64,000 nucleotides of DNA, from NCBI GenBank assembly GCA_963813535.1, contig CAWEZH010000002.1, forward strand, positions 512,001 through 576,000. Direction: 5' to 3'. This document shows, piece after piece, positions 62,529-64,000 of this stretch. The stretch's first letter is position 1, and every line of letters begins with the position of its first letter. The stretch is from an uncultured Chloroflexia bacterium. GTDB taxonomy: Bacteria; Chloroflexota; Limnocylindria; Limnocylindrales; CSP1-4. The notes below the pieces were generated by a model that made no database searches, was not told the origin of the DNA, and saw nothing but the letters and a program-made list of their open reading frames with translations. Both the position numbers and the translations under genes were made by a program.

Positions 62529-64000
62529 ATGACCACAGACCTCGACACGCCGCTCCGCATCATCCCGCTCGGCGGGGTGGGGGAGATCGGCAAGAACATG
62601 TACGTCTTCGAGTACGGCGATGACATCGTCGTGATCGACTGCGGCCTGATGTTTCCCGACGAGGAGATGTTCGGCATCGACCTTGTCATCCCCGACGTCA
62701 CCTATCTCAAGGAGAACCGCGAGAAGGTCAGGGCGTTCCTGATCACGCACGCGCACGAGGATCACGTCGGGGCGCTGCCCTACGTGTTGCCCGAATTCCC
62801 CGGCGTGCCGATCTACGCCAGCACGCTGGCGCGCGGCCTGCTCGGGAGCAAGATCAAGGAGCACAAGCTCAACAACAACCCGGTCCTGTCGCTCGACCCC
62901 GGCGACGAGATCGACGTCGGTCCGTTCCGCGTCATCCCGTTCCGCGTCGGTCATTCGATCCCCGACGCCATGGGCATCGCGCTCAGGACCCCGGTCGGCA
63001 CGATCGTCCACACCGGTGACTTCAAGTTCGACCACACGCCGGTCGACGGCAAGCTTTCCGACTTCGCGATCCTCGCCCGGATGGGCGCGGAGGGCGTCGT
63101 GTGCCTCCTGTCCGACTCGACCAGGGCCGAGAACCCGGGCTACACGCCGTCGGAACGCACCGTCGGTGAGGCCTTCCGCGAGATCATGGAGCCGCTCGAC
63201 GGCCGGGTGATCGTGGCGACATTCGCGAGCAATATCGCGCGCATCCAGCAGGTCCTCGACGCCTCTGCCGAGATGGGCCGCGACGTGTCGGTCATCGGAC
63301 GCTCGATGGAGCAGAACTTCCGCATCGCAACCGACCTCGGATACCTCAAGTACGACCCATCGAGCATCGTCTCGAAGGACAAGATCAAGGACTACGACAA
63401 CGGCAAGCTCACGATCGCCACGACGGGCGCCCAGGGCGAGCCGATGGCCGGTCTGGCGCGCATGGCGAACCGCGACCACCGGTTCGTCGAGATCCAACCG
63501 GGCGACACCGTGATCGTCAGCGCCAGCCCGATCCCGGGCAACGAGGAGTACGTCTCCCGGACCATCGACAATCTGTTCAAGGCCGGCGCGAACGTGTACT
63601 ACCACACGATCAAGCGTGCGCACGTCTCCGGGCACGCGAGTCAGGAGGAGCTCAAGCTCATGCTCGGCCTGACGAAGCCGAAGTACTTCATCCCGATCCA
63701 TGGCGAGTTCCGGATGCAGGTGCAACACGGCCGCCTGGCCACCGAGACCGGCGTCGACCCGTCGAACGTGTTCATCATCGAGAACGGGACGCCGATCGAG
63801 CTGTTCGCCGACGGGTCGGCCCGCCGCGGGAGCCCCGTCACGGCCGGGTACGTGTTCGTCGACGGCCTGTCGGTCGGCGAAGTCGGCGAGGTCGTCCTGC
63901 GCGACCGACGCAGTCTCGCGAACGACGGCATCTTCATGATCGTCGTGACCGTCGACAAGCAGACAGGCTCGGTGGTCGGTCGACCCGAGATCGTCACGCG
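62529..64000 (+). CDS. rnj: ribonuclease J (runs off the window end)
   Basis: Translated from ATG 62529: LRIIPLGGVGEIGKNM, THAHEDHVG, HSIPD, HTGDFK, DST.AE, HVSGH, PIHGE. Confidence 0.96.
   Translation, partial: MTTDLDTPLRIIPLGGVGEIGKNMYVFEYGDDIVVIDCGLMFPDEEMFGIDLVIPDVTYLKENREKVRAFLITHAHEDHVGALPYVLPEFPGVPIYASTLARGLLGSKIKEHKLNNNPVLSLDPGDEIDVGPFRVIPFRVGHSIPDAMGIALRTPVGTIVHTGDFKFDHTPVDGKLSDFAILARMGAEGVVCLLSDSTRAENPGYTPSERTVGEAFREIMEPLDGRVIVATFASNIARIQQVLDASAEMGRDVSVIGRSMEQNFRIATDLGYLKYDPSSIVSKDKIKDYDNGKLTIATTGAQGEPMAGLARMANRDHRFVEIQPGDTVIVSASPIPGNEEYVSRTIDNLFKAGANVYYHTIKRAHVSGHASQEELKLMLGLTKPKYFIPIHGEFRMQVQHGRLATETGVDPSNVFIIENGTPIELFADGSARRGSPVTAGYVFVDGLSVGEVGEVVLRDRRSLANDGIFMIVVTVDKQTGSVVGRPEIVT

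Overview
This is a high-GC bacterial chromosome segment, probably Chloroflexota (possibly Limnocylindria/Ellin6529-like; inferred from gene order and protein style). It consists almost entirely of core genes. In order: ssb(3' end)-rpsR, TauE/DUF1634, ilvE, an LCP protein, ileS-lspA-rluD-gmk-priA, def-fmt-rlmN-rpe-dtd, rpmB, asp23-fakA-recG-rsmD-coaD-yceD-rpmF-plsX-nusB-acpP-rnc-smc-ftsY, MFS, ffh-rpsP-khpA-rimM-trmD-rplS-rnhB-yraN, rpsB-tsf-pyrH-frr-uppS-cdsA-dxr-rseP-ispG, nusA-ylxR-infB-rbfA-nrnA-truB-ribF, rpsO-pnp, asd-udg-rnj(partial). I saw no tRNA, rRNA, CRISPR array or mobile element. The standout observation is a PNPase carrying an in-frame, motif-complete DEDDh (DnaQ-like) 3'-5' exonuclease domain between its two RNase PH domains. 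Other notable points: a type 2 IleRS with the swapped GVHH signature, LspA and RNase HII with altered conserved motifs, a RibF lacking a recognisable kinase module, an Rpe with an extra C-terminal domain, two probable non-canonical start codons (ATC, GTA), bidirectional and leaderless promoters, and three single-base frameshifts that are probably consensus errors.
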